Shown here piece after piece: positions 49,850 through 61,639 of a stretch of 64,000 nucleotides of DNA; position 1 is the first letter of the stretch; every line of letters begins with the position of its first letter. Both the position numbers and the translations under genes were made by a program. Under the pieces are notes generated by a model. That model was not told the origin of the DNA and ran no database searches. It saw nothing but the letters and a program-made list of their open reading frames with translations. The stretch lies in assembly GCF_020745735.1 (NCBI RefSeq), contig NC_083440.1, positions 31,978,468 to 32,042,467 of the forward strand. The letters are read 5' to 3'. Source of the DNA: Hemiscyllium ocellatum (lineage: Eukaryota).

Positions 49850-51450
49850 TTTTCACAGAATCACCTTATACAGCACAGGAAAAAGGCCCTTTGATCCATC
49901 CAGTTTACGCCTATCAATAATAGCCACCTAACTATTCCAGTCTCATGTGCCAGCACATGATCCATTGCCTTGTGTGACTTGCCCTTGCAAGGATGTATCT
50001 CAATACTTCATACTTATTATGAGGGGCTCAGTTTCTACATGACTTATAGGTGCTGAGCTCCAGGCTAACACCACCCTCTGTTTGATTTTGTTTTCCCCTG
50101 AGATCCACTTGGAACCTCCTGGCCTTACCTTCACCCTGTGCCCCTGAGGCATTGATCTCTCCATCAAGGGGAAAGGTTTCATCCAGTTTACCCAGTCTAT
50201 GCCTAAAATAATTCTAGACATCATGATAATCTTCTCCCTAATTCTCCTCTGCTCCATGGAAAACCCCTGTCTATCTCATCTAGTTTCATAACTAAAACCC
50301 TCCAACCCAGGCAAGATCCTGGCAAATCTAATCAATACTGCCTTCAGTGTAATCACATTCCTTCGATAACATGCACACAACGCTTCAGTATGGCCTAACC
50401 AGTGTTCTATTAAGTTCCAGTATCATCTCCCTATTCTTCATTGTCAATGTCTAGGCTAATAAAAGCAAATATCCTCCCACCTTCTTAGTCTCTTTATCCA
50501 GACGACACAGTACTATAGGGGATCGGTGGGTACATGCACCAAAGATCCTCAGGCCTTTCTAGGGTTCCACCATTCAAAATGTCATACCTCACAGATTCTT
50601 CTGCCGAATTCCATCACCTTACATTTATCCAGAATAATTTCCATTTGCAACTTCTCTTCACATACAACCAACCCTTTTATATCCTCCTGCAATCTAAAGC
50701 CATAATGCTCATGACTTACCAACATGACAGTTTTCATTTCATCTGTGAATTCACTGGTTAATCCTCCTAAATTTGAGTCTCAATCATTGGTATGTAAGAG
50801 AAATAGCAAGGAAATCAACACCAATCCCTACAGAACACCAGGAGACATAGATTTCCAGTCACGCAGACACCCGATGACTATTATCCCCTGCTCCCATCAC
50901 TCAGCCAGTTCGAGATCCAATCTGTCAAAATAACTCGGATCCCATTGGCTCTGATTATTGCTATCATCTGGACATCGAGTTATCTCTCTGAAAACTACTA
51001 TCAAATTGTTACACATGACTTTCTCTCAACAAAACCGTGCTGAAAATTGTTGATTTATCTTCCAAATGAAGACTAATTTCACTTTTCAATAGTTTCCCTA
51101 CCACTGAGACTAGCTTGACAGATCTGTGTTTTCATTATTTATCCCTTCCTTTGTCCTGCGTAACAGTGCAACATTGGCTGATCTACACTCACTTGGCACA
51201 ACTGCTGTGGCCAGACAGTAATTCTAAATTATTGTCAGCGACCCAACTATTTCATCCTTTGCATCACTCAACCGCTTGGTATACTCTTCATCTGCCCTGG
51301 AAATATAACCACTTTTCATTCAGCAAGACAACACAGAACATCACGTCATGTGTCCTAATTTCTGAAAGTACATCACAACACCCCTCCATGATTTCTGTCC
51401 CCACATTGTCCGTCTTACTAGTGAACACCGAAGCAACACATTCGTTTTGA
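49850..51450 (-). mobile_element. Degraded CR1-type LINE fragments in the Cmu1-Cmu2 intron
   Basis: Minus-strand remnants such as CVASVFTSK and QRVVLAWS, plus CR1-like nucleotide motifs. Confidence 0.55.
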
Positions 51451-51467
51451 CCACAACCTAAATTTGT

Positions 51468-51788
51468 GGGCGGCATGGTGGCACAGTGGTTAGCACTGCT
51501 GCCTCACAGCGCCTGAGACCCGGGTTCAATTCCCGACTCAGGCGACTGACTGTGTGGAGTTTGCACGTTCTCGCCGTGTCTGCGTGGGTTTCCTCCGGGT
51601 TCTCCGGTTTCCTCCCACTGTCCAAAGATGTGCGGGTCAGGTGAATTGGCCATGCTAAATTGCCCGTAGTGTTAGGTAAGGGGTAAATGTAGGGGTATGG
51701 GTGGGTTGCGCTTTGGCGGGTCGGTGTGGACTTGTTGGGCCGAAGGGCCTGTTTCCACACTGTAAGTCTAATCTAATCTAATCTAATC
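51468..51788 (+). mobile_element. HE1-type V-SINE, young full-length copy
   Basis: Intact tRNA head with A and B boxes, V-domain and (TCTAA)n tail. About 12 differences by eye from the copy at 32490-32797. Confidence 0.92.
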
Positions 51789-51989
51789 CTCCGACTCCAC
51801 TCCAATAATAACACTTAATGGGCATTACTGTTTCCCAAATCATTCTTTTATTATGAATGAACCTGTAACTTTTAAAAATATTTTCCTTTATTTTGACTGC
51901 TATTATTTTCTCATGGTCCCATTTGCTCTTCTAATTCCTTTGTCTTTCAAACTCCCCCTTGCATGTTCTGTACTCCATACTAATTTCTA

Positions 51990-52900
51990 TTGTTCTGAGA
52001 TTTCAGTATAGACCGGAAGCCTCCCTTGTTTCTCTTTATCTCACCCTCCATGCCCTTTGGTGTCCAGAGCCCGCTACATTCTTGGTCCTATTCAGTGGCT
52101 TCCTGGGAAATGTCGTCCCTGTGATTTTCCTCTTTCTTAAATGTGTCACACTGCTCTGACTCAGATTTACCAATAAGTGTCAGCTTCCAGTCCACTCTGG
52201 TTAAGTCATTACCTGATCTTACTAAAATTGTCCTTCCCCTTTTCATAACTTTGGGCCAATTTCTATTCCTTTGCAGTACAATCTGAAATCCAACTGATTT
52301 ACGATCACTGTCTGCAAAGTGCACCACCATTGATGTTTTACCCACTGGGTCGACTTCATTTCCAAAAGTTAAGTCCAGGTTCACCCCTTTTTTGCAAGGT
52401 CTGGATTAAAATTCTCTGTATTAACACATACTTTGTTAAAATATTCTCCTGGGGGCATTTTCAGAATTGTGCTCCCTCTCAACTTTTGACACAATGAATA
52501 TCCAAGCCTATTCTGAGGAAGTCAAAAACCTCTTTTCTCAATCCCCTATTTAATTTACATTTCTCTGAAATTTGCCCATGTCTTTGCCCTTGGTCTTTTG
52601 GACCTATAGTAAGGTCTCTCGTGCTCTCCCAGTAGTTATGTTTGCTGTATTTTGGTTTTGAAGTACTGTCCATTTGCCTTTGTTCGAGGAGGTATCCATG
52701 ATTTCATTTCTCTTTACAGCCTAAAATACTCTTGTCAGAATTGCGACAGAAGCAACATTCTGTGCCGCAAACCCCCGCCTCCATCCTTTTCCATCTTTCC
52801 CTGTCTCGCCTGAAGGCACTAAATCCTGGAATATTGAATAGCCACTCCTGCCCCACTCTCAATATGTCTCCATGATAGCAACCGCATCATTTCCTCATTT
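51990..52900 (-). mobile_element. Degraded CR1 endonuclease-region fragment
   Basis: Minus-strand ORF 52088-52384 LDLTFGNEV...HFADSDRKSVGFQI, related to CR1 LDLVL...HLGNSDH. Confidence 0.55.
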
Positions 52901-53206
52901 ATGGCGGTATTTCATCTGCCTTGTTCATCAGACTCTGTCATTAAAACGATTACCATCCAACATTGCTATCTCCCTTCTGATGTTACCGGCCTATCGTTTC
53001 TATGCCTCCTTGACTCCCTTGCTGTGCCCTATAATTTTAGCCTTTCACATTGTCCTGCGGATCTTTCTGTGTGGATCCCAGCTTCTCCAGCACTCTGCAC
53101 AATTATGATTCTTGTATCCATTAACCACAAGAAACCTTGATATATGAGAACTGATTGTATTTGTTATGAAATTGATCAGATAATTTATGCGATGTGTTTC
53201 CTAAAG

Positions 53207-53518
53207 GTACAGGTCCTCTCCCACCAACTCTTCTCCTAACTGTGAGCTCCAGTGAAGAAATCGCAAGCAGCAAGTTTGCAACCATTGTCTGTTCAATCAT
53301 CGATTTCCATCCGAAGTCAATCTCCGTGAGTTGGTTGAAAAATGGCCGACTCTTGGATTCTGGCTTCTTCACGTCTCCCGTGTGTGAGGCGAACGGGAAC
53401 TTCTCGGTGACGAGTCGGCTGATGGTCCCTTATGGTGAATGGTACAACAGCGTAGTCTATACCTGCCAGGTCACTCATGAAGACAACATTCAAAGTAAAA
53501 ACATCACCGCACTCCAGG
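53207..53518 (+). CDS. IGHM: IgM Cmu2 exon ([29 protein letters not shown]...VSWLKNG...YTCQVTH...TALQ)
   Basis: Acceptor AAAG at 53203-53206 (an alternative in-frame AG gives a start at 53213), C1-set motifs, donor GTAAG at 53519. Confidence 0.95.
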
Positions 53519-53769
53519 GTAAGAGACACATACTGAGAGAGCTACAAATCACTCTGAACTCTGATGTGAATCAAACACACTAATTTATCAGGCGTAGTAA
53601 ACAGCAAGGTACAGCTTCTCGTTTCCCAACATGTCACGTATCTCATTTCAGTTTGATTGTTACATTAGCATTGCTCATAATTCAACATTTTGGCAAGTCA
53701 GAAAAGCATGTTTCCTCTCTGTTGAAGATAGATATATAGACAGTGAGCTTTGTTAAATAGTTTGTTGCC

Positions 53770-54140
53770 TGACCTTGCTGGGAGAGGCATTCAGAGTGCT
53801 GAATCCTTGCCTGGTAGTGGCTTCAAGGATAAGTTTGGGGGTGGAGGGGGGATATTGGAGAGATATCTAATTGAAACATAAAAAATACTGAGAGACTGAG
53901 GTCGAGTGAACGTGGAATAGATGTTTTGACTGGGAGGCGAGACTAGGACCCAAGGGCACAGTCTCAGGGTCAAAGGGGCACCGTTTAGAACTGAGATGGG
54001 GAGGAATTTCTTCAGCCAGAGGGTGATGAATCTGTGGAACTTGTTGCTGCAGAGGGCTGTGGAGACCAGGCCATTGTGTATATTCAAGCCAGAGATAGTT
54101 CGGCTCTTGGTTAGTGTGGGGAGAAGACAGTAGAATGGCT
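53770..54140. mobile_element. CR1 3' fragments in both orientations
   Basis: Contains a CR1 3'-end segment GAGGGTGATGAATCTGTGGAAC. Confidence 0.55.
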
Positions 54141-54143
54141 TTA

Positions 54144-54215
54144 GCCCGAAACGTCGATTTTCCTGCTCGTTGGATGCTGCCTGACCTGCTGTGCTTTTCC
54201 AGCATCATTCTGATC
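54144..54215 (+). mobile_element. Truncated family-1 Penelope-derived arm
   Basis: GCCCGAAACGTCGATTTTCCTGCTCGTTGGATGCTGCCTGACCTGCTG. Confidence 0.75.
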
Positions 54216-55216
54216 TCACTGAGCTTCTTTAAGATGCTCTCTGTAAGTAGTGGATGAGTGAGGAGAATAAATTCTGGTAAGAATGCTACAATAGGGATGA
54301 ATGAACGAGGAACTCGAGACAGGCTGATTTAGCCTGGTTTGGGGTGGTGATGTTTACACAGTGGGTAGTGGATGTCTTTAAAATTAGTGTACATTTCCAT
54401 CGCGTTTGTAGATTAATTTAAGATGCTTTTGTTTGTTTTTTTTCTCCCCTGCTCTATGAAGAAATTTTAAAAATGCAGCTTGGTAAATAAAGTGAAAGTA
54501 CAGACCAGTCATGAACGAACTGAATGGAGGGAACGACTTAAGGAGATGGGTGTCCTTCTCGATATCCAATGCTGTACTCAGTGTCTTGTTTTCAGATCTA
54601 CTCCAAACTCAGCCCACGAGGAACAATGACATAAATTAGAGAATGACATCACACCAATAACGCAAAGTATTTTTGATCACGTTAAATATAATGAACAGAA
54701 TTTCCATGGATATTCACCGCTCCTGTAACACTTTAGAACTCTGCAAAGAGAATAATTATTATTTATTATAATTTGTCCGAAATTTGGGCTGTGATTTGGC
54801 AGTCAGCGTGACCAGCAGCACTTGCACCTAAGGGTTATGAACACGGAATTGAGCTCATTATATTCTGATTACTCTTGTCACAAGTATCAAGAGATGGTCT
54901 TAAGTGAGAGACAAACTCTGAAAGAAAGGTAATTCCATGGGTTACATAATGGTACCTTCGATGATTTTACTTTTTTCACAGGTGTCACTTGTTACAAAGC
55001 CAGTGTTCTTTAGGAATAATGACACAAGGTATGTCATAGGTAATCACAAATGCTTTCACAAATCAAAATACATCAACAATAGTAAGCATCGTTTCAGCAA
55101 TGGTTGGAGTTGCCATTTTGAAGGTGGTGTCTTCACCCTGTGAAGAAGTAATCTGAAGATTGGGTGTTTGTATTATAAAGGGGCATTTTTCATTGACTTT
55201 GATTTTTGTTTCATAG

Positions 55217-55525
55217 AAGATACCGAGTGCCACCCTAACACCGTTAAAATCCTCCCACCGCCAGTAGAACAAGTCTTACTGGAGGCGACGGTGACGTTAA
55301 CCTGCGTTGTGTCGAATCTTCCTTCTGGAGTCAACGTGACCTGGAAACAAGAAAAGAAGTCTCTGAAATCCGAGATTGCTGACCAGCCTGGACAGAATCC
55401 CGACAGCGTGATCAGCAAATTAGACATTTCTACTGAAGCCTGGCTGAGTGGCGTTACTTTTGAATGTGTGGTGTACCATCAGAATCTACCGACTCCGCTG
55501 AGAGACTCCATCCACAAGGAGAAAG
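55217..55525 (+). CDS. IGHM: IgM Cmu3 exon ([30 protein letters not shown]...VTWKQE...[22 protein letters not shown])
   Basis: CATAG acceptor, C1-set motifs, donor GTGAG at 55526; 309 nt, phase consistent. Confidence 0.96.
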
Positions 55526-55980
55526 GTGAGCGGTGAGATTAAAACACAAAGCATCCCATGTGGAATCCAGATCCAGTTACATCAATGGCAGGCTTTGATT
55601 GGTATTGAACAAACACCGTTGGGAGCATTAATGATGCATCTGAAGGCAGGATAGCTAAGTAGCTGATTAAGAAAAAGATGGACCAAAGGATATTGTATTC
55701 TGATTAAGTCAGATAAGGTGGGAAGAAACCTGGGTTGTGATGTCACCATCAGCAATGACAGTTGGACAGAATGCCCTTGTTGTGGGCTGGAAACATGGAG
55801 GCAACTTTCACATTAAACTTTACTTTTTTTACTGAACAGAATGTGTACCATACTGCTCCTTTAGAAAAGGAAAGTGAATAAATCCCAAATTAAAAATGGC
55901 ATATTTTAATATTTAGTGAAATTGTGATATTGGTTCAGGATGTTTTTGGTTGATTTATATTTGTCTCAAATATTCTGCAG

Positions 55981-56372
55981 TGATTAATCCGCTGGAGCCA
56001 TCAGTGTCGGTCCTCCTGCCACCAACAGAAGAAATCTCCGCTCAGAGATTTCTCTCCCTCACCTGTTTAGTGAGAGGTTTCTCCCCCCGAGAGATCTTCG
56101 TCAAGTGGACAAACAATGACAAGCAGGTGAATCCCAGTAACTACAAGAACACCGAGGTGATGGCGGAGAGTGACAACACCTCCTTCTTCATCTACAGCCT
56201 GTTATCCATTACAGCGGAGGAGTGGGCCAGCGGTGCTTCTTACTCCTGTGTGGTGGGACATGAAGCGATTCCATTGAAGATCATCAACAGAACAGTCGAT
56301 AAATCCAGCGGTAAACCGAGTTTCGTAAACATTTCACTTGCACTGATGGACACTGTTAATTCATGTCAATAA
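55981..56372 (+). CDS. IGHM: IgM Cmu4 plus secretory tailpiece (..[24 protein letters not shown]). The membrane form uses the internal donor after 56310.
   Basis: TTCTGCAG acceptor; tailpiece with an NIS glycosylation site and penultimate Cys; internal G|GTAAAC donor at 56311. Confidence 0.97.
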
Positions 56373-56414
56373 AAATCTCAAAGTTGCATTTAATAATTCA
56401 ACAGAAGTAATAAA
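56368..56414 (+). terminator. Secretory-form polyadenylation signals (AATAAA at 56368-56373 and 56409-56414)
   Basis: Two hexamers; the second is followed by a T-rich tract. Confidence 0.7.
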
Positions 56415-57330
56415 GTTTCTTTTCCCTCCAGTTGTGAGGTAAATACTGAATTAGTTGTTTCTCACTCTGACTTACATTACATCGGTGTAGTTAAAGTGGA
56501 TTATTAACAGGTCTAGGACAAGTGTCTTGTGCAGTTAATGTTCTCTGCTCAGATACACCCTGGGTCAGAGACAGTGTAAAGCTCACTCATTGCAGGATTC
56601 GGCCAAGTCCATTATCCATCCTATATCCCTCTGTGACAAAATCTGACACTGTCCATTTTATGTCAAGGATAGAGCACGAGGTTTGAACTTGGTGTTCTTG
56701 ATTCCCCTGATTGGGCATTCTTACAAAATTCATGTCAGTTTTCAACTGCCACATTGCACCAAGTGGAAATGTAAATTTAAGACACTTTAAAATTAAATTT
56801 GATTGGAGCATACCAATCGTAAAGAGTGCAGAACAGTTTGAATGTAACCTTTGTTTCTGGGGAACTGCCAGGGATCTTGCGCCAGCGCATGAGTTGACAG
56901 AATGTATCTTCACTTTCACACCAAAGAGAATCGACAGATAAGTTGTCGTGGAGCAGAGGGGAGGGGAACGATGAATGGTCTGTCCTCTTGCTCCCTGTGC
57001 AGAGTTTTCATGGTCGATGTCCTCTGTAATGTAACCCAGTTACTAACAGGAACAGTCAACTTCTTGCTTACTGTCCAAAGATTGAACATTTCCATGTAAA
57101 ATAATACCTTTGGAACATGTTGGACACGCTTGGCTCTGTTAACAAATGATTAAATTCGATTCCCATAATCCAAAACTGGTGTTTGCATCGTCCCGGCTTG
57201 AATTCCATAGTTTTGTCTCAGTTTTCTGGAGCACATGGGATCAATTCTGGTATTCGAATACCTGATATCATTTTGTTTCACATGCAGAACACAAGTAGAC
57301 ATTTTCTAATAAACACATTCAGAAATGTTA

Positions 57331-57397
57331 TCTCTGGGGCAGTGGGGATTTGAACTCACGCCTTTTCTCTCAGAGACAGAAATTCTATCACTGCAAC
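57331..57397 (-). mobile_element. tRNA-derived SINE head fragment (Deu/SacSINE-like)
   Basis: The minus strand has a B-box GAGTTCAAATCCC but no complete cloverleaf. Confidence 0.4.
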
Positions 57398-57589
57398 AGA
57401 AGAGTTGCTCATAAAACGCTTATCTCTCCACGATGATGGGAAATGTTTCCTACAACACCAAGGTCAAATCTAATTATGGGCAATCCATTAAAATTAGAAC
57501 AATAAATTAGAATAATAAAAATTGCAGTCTGGTATAAGAACAGATACAGAGAGATGATCGCAAATTCACACGTAATGACACATATATGG

Positions 57590-58700
57590 GCTCTCACCTA
57601 AAGACACATATTTATGTGCACACTCAAATGTGCATATAGATAAGATGTCACACACGCATACTCGCACAGAGCCACACATGCAAGTGGTACTTGAACACTC
57701 ACCTAAGCTCATACAAAAACTCACATACACAGAAAGAAAATTATTTGCACAAATGAACAGGGGTACTCACACATAACCATGAGAAATATAGACACACGGT
57801 AACACACAAATGGGCATGAATACATATACATTCATACAGCACAATGCGTACAGACATACACGCATGAACACACAGATACAAATTCCGAAAAATGTCCTCC
57901 CACATGTCAACTCATACAGGCACGTAAGTGCACAGAGATAAATATTAATATCATTATTTTCCCATTTTCAGAATCACAAACATACGATGACAGAGGCAGC
58001 TTAATTAGTTATTTTTAAATCACATTGATCAGCATGTATACAATGTCACACGTACACACAAATTCAGAGTCTCACATGCAGACACACAAGTGCATAGATC
58101 AACAAATAGAGGGGCGTTTATTAAATAAGGAGAATGGGCACAAGCATCAGCAAGCATCCACACACAGTAACACAAACAAGCTTCTCAGGAGATGGTTTGG
58201 GAAAGATTGCCACACAAGCAAACATCATCATATAAATATAAACATCCATCAAAACATAACATTGCATGCTAACATTTATTAAGCATAAACATGAAAATAA
58301 CCTAGTTTAGGTAGGACCTGAAACAGACACATAAGTGCACATTTTAGATAGCACTAATGAAAAGTGAACACTCACAAAGACATTACAAGATAAGCATAGG
58401 CAGCAACAAAATGGCATATTAGCATGATGATGCTTACACAATGTGAAAAGACCAAAATTTCGGTGCCCAAACACACAAGCACCCCAGCAGTAAAGGAACA
58501 GGAATATGTTTATTCATGCACAGACTCCAACATGGGCAAGAGTGAAGTAAGAGACTCTCATAACCACATACACAAACATTAAAGGGAAACCAAACACACC
58601 AAGCAGTAGGTCAAATAAATTAAGGGACACATGTACAAAAACTTATTCCTAAATATACAGATCCTACAAACAAAAATGTGAAGCAATGTCCTGACTGTGA
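57590..58700 (+). repeat. CA/AC-rich low-complexity tract
   Basis: Dense degenerate CACACA/ACATA runs. Confidence 0.6.
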
Positions 58701-59143
58701 TGTCACTTATATTCACGATTTGCCAAGCAATTGGTCACCAATACATAAAGGTGAGAATTACATTTGAACTTTTATTCAGTGATGGCCACAATTTTCAACT
58801 AAAGTGCTGTCACAGCCTATATTTAAAATATAATGATATAATTAAAATAATAATTCGTAATAAGCATTCCTCAAATAATAATATCCTTAAATAATAGATT
58901 AAAAGAAAAATAATTTAAAACGTTCTGACATGGACAATGACGAAAGAACATGTGCAGTTAGTATTTGTAATTTCTTGCTGAGAGTCAATAATGCACTGAT
59001 GGATACAGATAAGAGTCACACTTGAGAAATACCTGATTGCTTTATGAAGATGTAATGGTCTCTAATTACATGACTTGGATGCACATAGATCGATCTGGAT
59101 CAATAAACGATCTAAATGCATTCTCTCGGCTTTATATTCATAG

Positions 59144-59271
59144 ATTCAATAGATCGCACTTGGATTGAAGACTATGAGGATGATAACAGCAACATCTGGA
59201 CAACTGCTTCCACGTTCATCACCTTGTTCTTCCTGAGTATTTTCTATAGCGCTGCCGTCACTCTGGTGAAG
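59144..59271 (+). CDS. IGHM: IgM TM1 exon (DSIDRTWIEDYEDDNSNIWTTASTFITLFFLSIFYSAAVTLVK)
   Basis: CATAG acceptor in phase with the Cmu4 internal donor, conserved CART-type transmembrane motif, donor GTGAGA at 59272. Confidence 0.96.
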
Positions 59272-59410
59272 GTGAGAATAATCACATCTTTCTCACGCCA
59301 AGCAGCCCAATCTGTTTTGTGAAATCTCTAAGTGTGCCATTGAATAAACATTAAATCTGAAAGTCCCTGATCATAAATATCTGCGTCATTGCTTTATCTC
59401 TCTTTTCCAG

Positions 59411-59419
59411 GTTAAGTGA
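59411..59419 (+). CDS. IGHM: IgM TM2 exon (VK*), completing the KVK cytoplasmic tail
   Basis: TCTTTTCCAG|GTTAAGTGA. Confidence 0.93.
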   Translation, partial: VK

Positions 59420-59848
59420 ATGAATTGTGGACTCCTTTGATTTTCCTGATCTGCTTATCAAGGTCTCTGAATTCCCAATCTACAATCTGTCCTGTTGCTG
59501 ACTCTAACAGTGAGATCACTGCAGTTTATCAGTGTGTAACTGAGACAATTATTGATGGATTTTTGTTTTTACTTTGATATCTTTGAGATGGTTGTGGTTG
59601 GAAGAATTTGTAGCTTCCCTGTTGTTTGAAGCCCATTTGTTATGTTTTTATTTGTTCCTTACTCAGAATGGTTGCCTACCCTTTCTGATCAGCCTTTGTA
59701 TTCCCTTTCTTGTGACTGTAACTGATGTACAGAAAATTCCCACCTCACAGCGCATGTGTTCTCGTCTCAATGTGGCAACCAGCCATTATATTCACTTCTG
59801 TTAGCTTTTACATCAACTTTTTGGATAAAAATGCTTTCTGAAATGGTT

Positions 59849-59854
59849 AATAAA
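59849..59854 (+). terminator. Probable membrane-form polyadenylation signal
   Basis: AATAAA 430 nt after the TM2 stop, with a T-rich tract ~25-45 nt downstream. Confidence 0.55.
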
Positions 59855-61639
59855 TCTCGAATGAATATGCACTAACCTTGAGTTTGCTTCATTCTTTCTT
59901 CAAGGCCAGTCAGTAATCATACATTTTCCCACATCCTACTCCTTTCCCAGCCAAATACTTTCACTTGTTCTGTTTGGTTGTGTTTCATCCAGTCATTTAG
60001 TTTAATGTTGCGCTGCCATGCCGCCCACTAATGTAAATACATCTTTCACACGATATGCCTGATGGAACACTCCAGAGGCAGAATGATTAGAGAACATTTC
60101 CTCTTATGCACCAAGGGTCACGGCCTCGGGTCACGTAATGATACAAATTAGGAGCTTTGCTCCACCAGAAGCCTATAAAAGGCAGGCAAAGGAGTTTGAA
60201 AGTTTACTCTACACCGTCTAAACTACATGTACTCCCAATGTCCGGACAGCCTGGTTAGTAATGCATAACTCACCACCTAAAACGCCCAACGAAACATTCA
60301 TCAGCCAAAAATGTCAACGTTCAGTCAGGTAGTCAGACAGCAACACGTGCACACTCCAAGGGCGGATTCTCAGAAGTGGAGATTTTCTCACACATAAATC
60401 TCATGGAGCACAATTCCTGGGATCTATTTGACACACCACACCTGTCAAATCCCAGGAAATGAGACTGGGATCTATCTGATACAGGGATATTACTGAACAG
60501 CAACCCTCAAAAATAATAAATCAGAGTTCGATGTTGATCAGACAAGGCAGAGCTCATGAGTCCCTGAAATATTCAGCCATTGGGATCTATATGACGCAAG
60601 ATGGAATTGAGAACAAATCATAGCAACTGTTCACAGAGTCTGGGAACTATCAGCAGAGGAGAATATTCTCAATTTCTCAGAGTTGGTGAGGTGTATCATC
60701 CCGGGAATAGTGTTGTGAATCAGTCACGCACCCAATCTCATAACTTCGCATTTTGTCAAAAATGTGGCACCTGCAATATTCCAGGTGAGACAAGAGACTG
60801 TTTGATTTCAGTGTAACATAATTGCTTTGTGTTTGTTCTCTACAGTGTTATTGATGAAGTAGGGTTTATTTGCTCTTCTGTCCACGTGTCATGGTCCATT
60901 CCCTGATTTGTGCACATACACACGGAGGATCCTCTGCTCCTTCACCCCCTTTGGGTTTACTCCCTTAGTATTGTATGTTCCCCTGAGTTCATCACAAAAC
61001 AAAGGAGCACGTCACCCCTCCCTGAGACGGAGATCTATCTGACACACCGATATTAATGAATAACAATCCTCAAAAATGATCAATCACAGGTTGATTTCGA
61101 TCAGGGAAGGCAGAGATCAGAAGTTCTGGAAACTCTGCTGCTTTCCACGTCCTTTCCCACAACCCCTCTGTCAAACTTGATGCTCTATGCTGTTCTTCCA
61201 ATATCCTAACATTTTACCTTAAATTGCTATTAATATTTTTCTGTAATTTTGCATTAGAGACCAAAACACAGGTTGGAACAACAAGGACCCAAACACTGAA
61301 CTCTGAGAACATACACAATAAGGCAACCTACATTCTGAAACAGCAAACACCCGTTAACAAATGGTTGACAAGTACAAAACAGCGGGTGAGATTAACTTGA
61401 ACTCATCAAAATAAGTTGAAAGTACTCTGGAGGTACAGCGGTGTAGGGAAGACCTGGGCAGACAGAGTGGAGTTCGTTTTTTAAAATTCTTGATTCTATC
61501 CAGAATTTTCCTTCCACACAATGTAACCTTTTATTTCCCATCACCCAAGGTCCCCATAGTATCTTTATTTTCAGCTACTAACTATCACCAGTAAATTGAA
61601 TCATTTATGTTCAAAGCCCCTTCCACCATCAAAGGTACG

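Noticed and set aside
51468-51545. tRNA genes at SINE heads (also 32725-32797 and 57331-57397)
   Set aside because: They continue into V-domain/LINE tails or lack a complete cloverleaf, so they are SINE-derived.
55168-55216. N-terminal extensions of the Cmu3, Cmu4, Cmu2 and TM1 ORFs in the ORF track
   Set aside because: These are intronic polypyrimidine sequence upstream of clear AG acceptors.
56587-59100. Additional constant exons (IgW/IgNAR-like) between Cmu4 and TM1
   Set aside because: No C1-set Cys-Trp-Cys pattern was found in any ORF; the region is low-complexity.
60601-60816. 71-aa ORF as the start of a neighbouring gene
   Set aside because: It has no signal peptide or domain and overlaps degenerate direct repeats.
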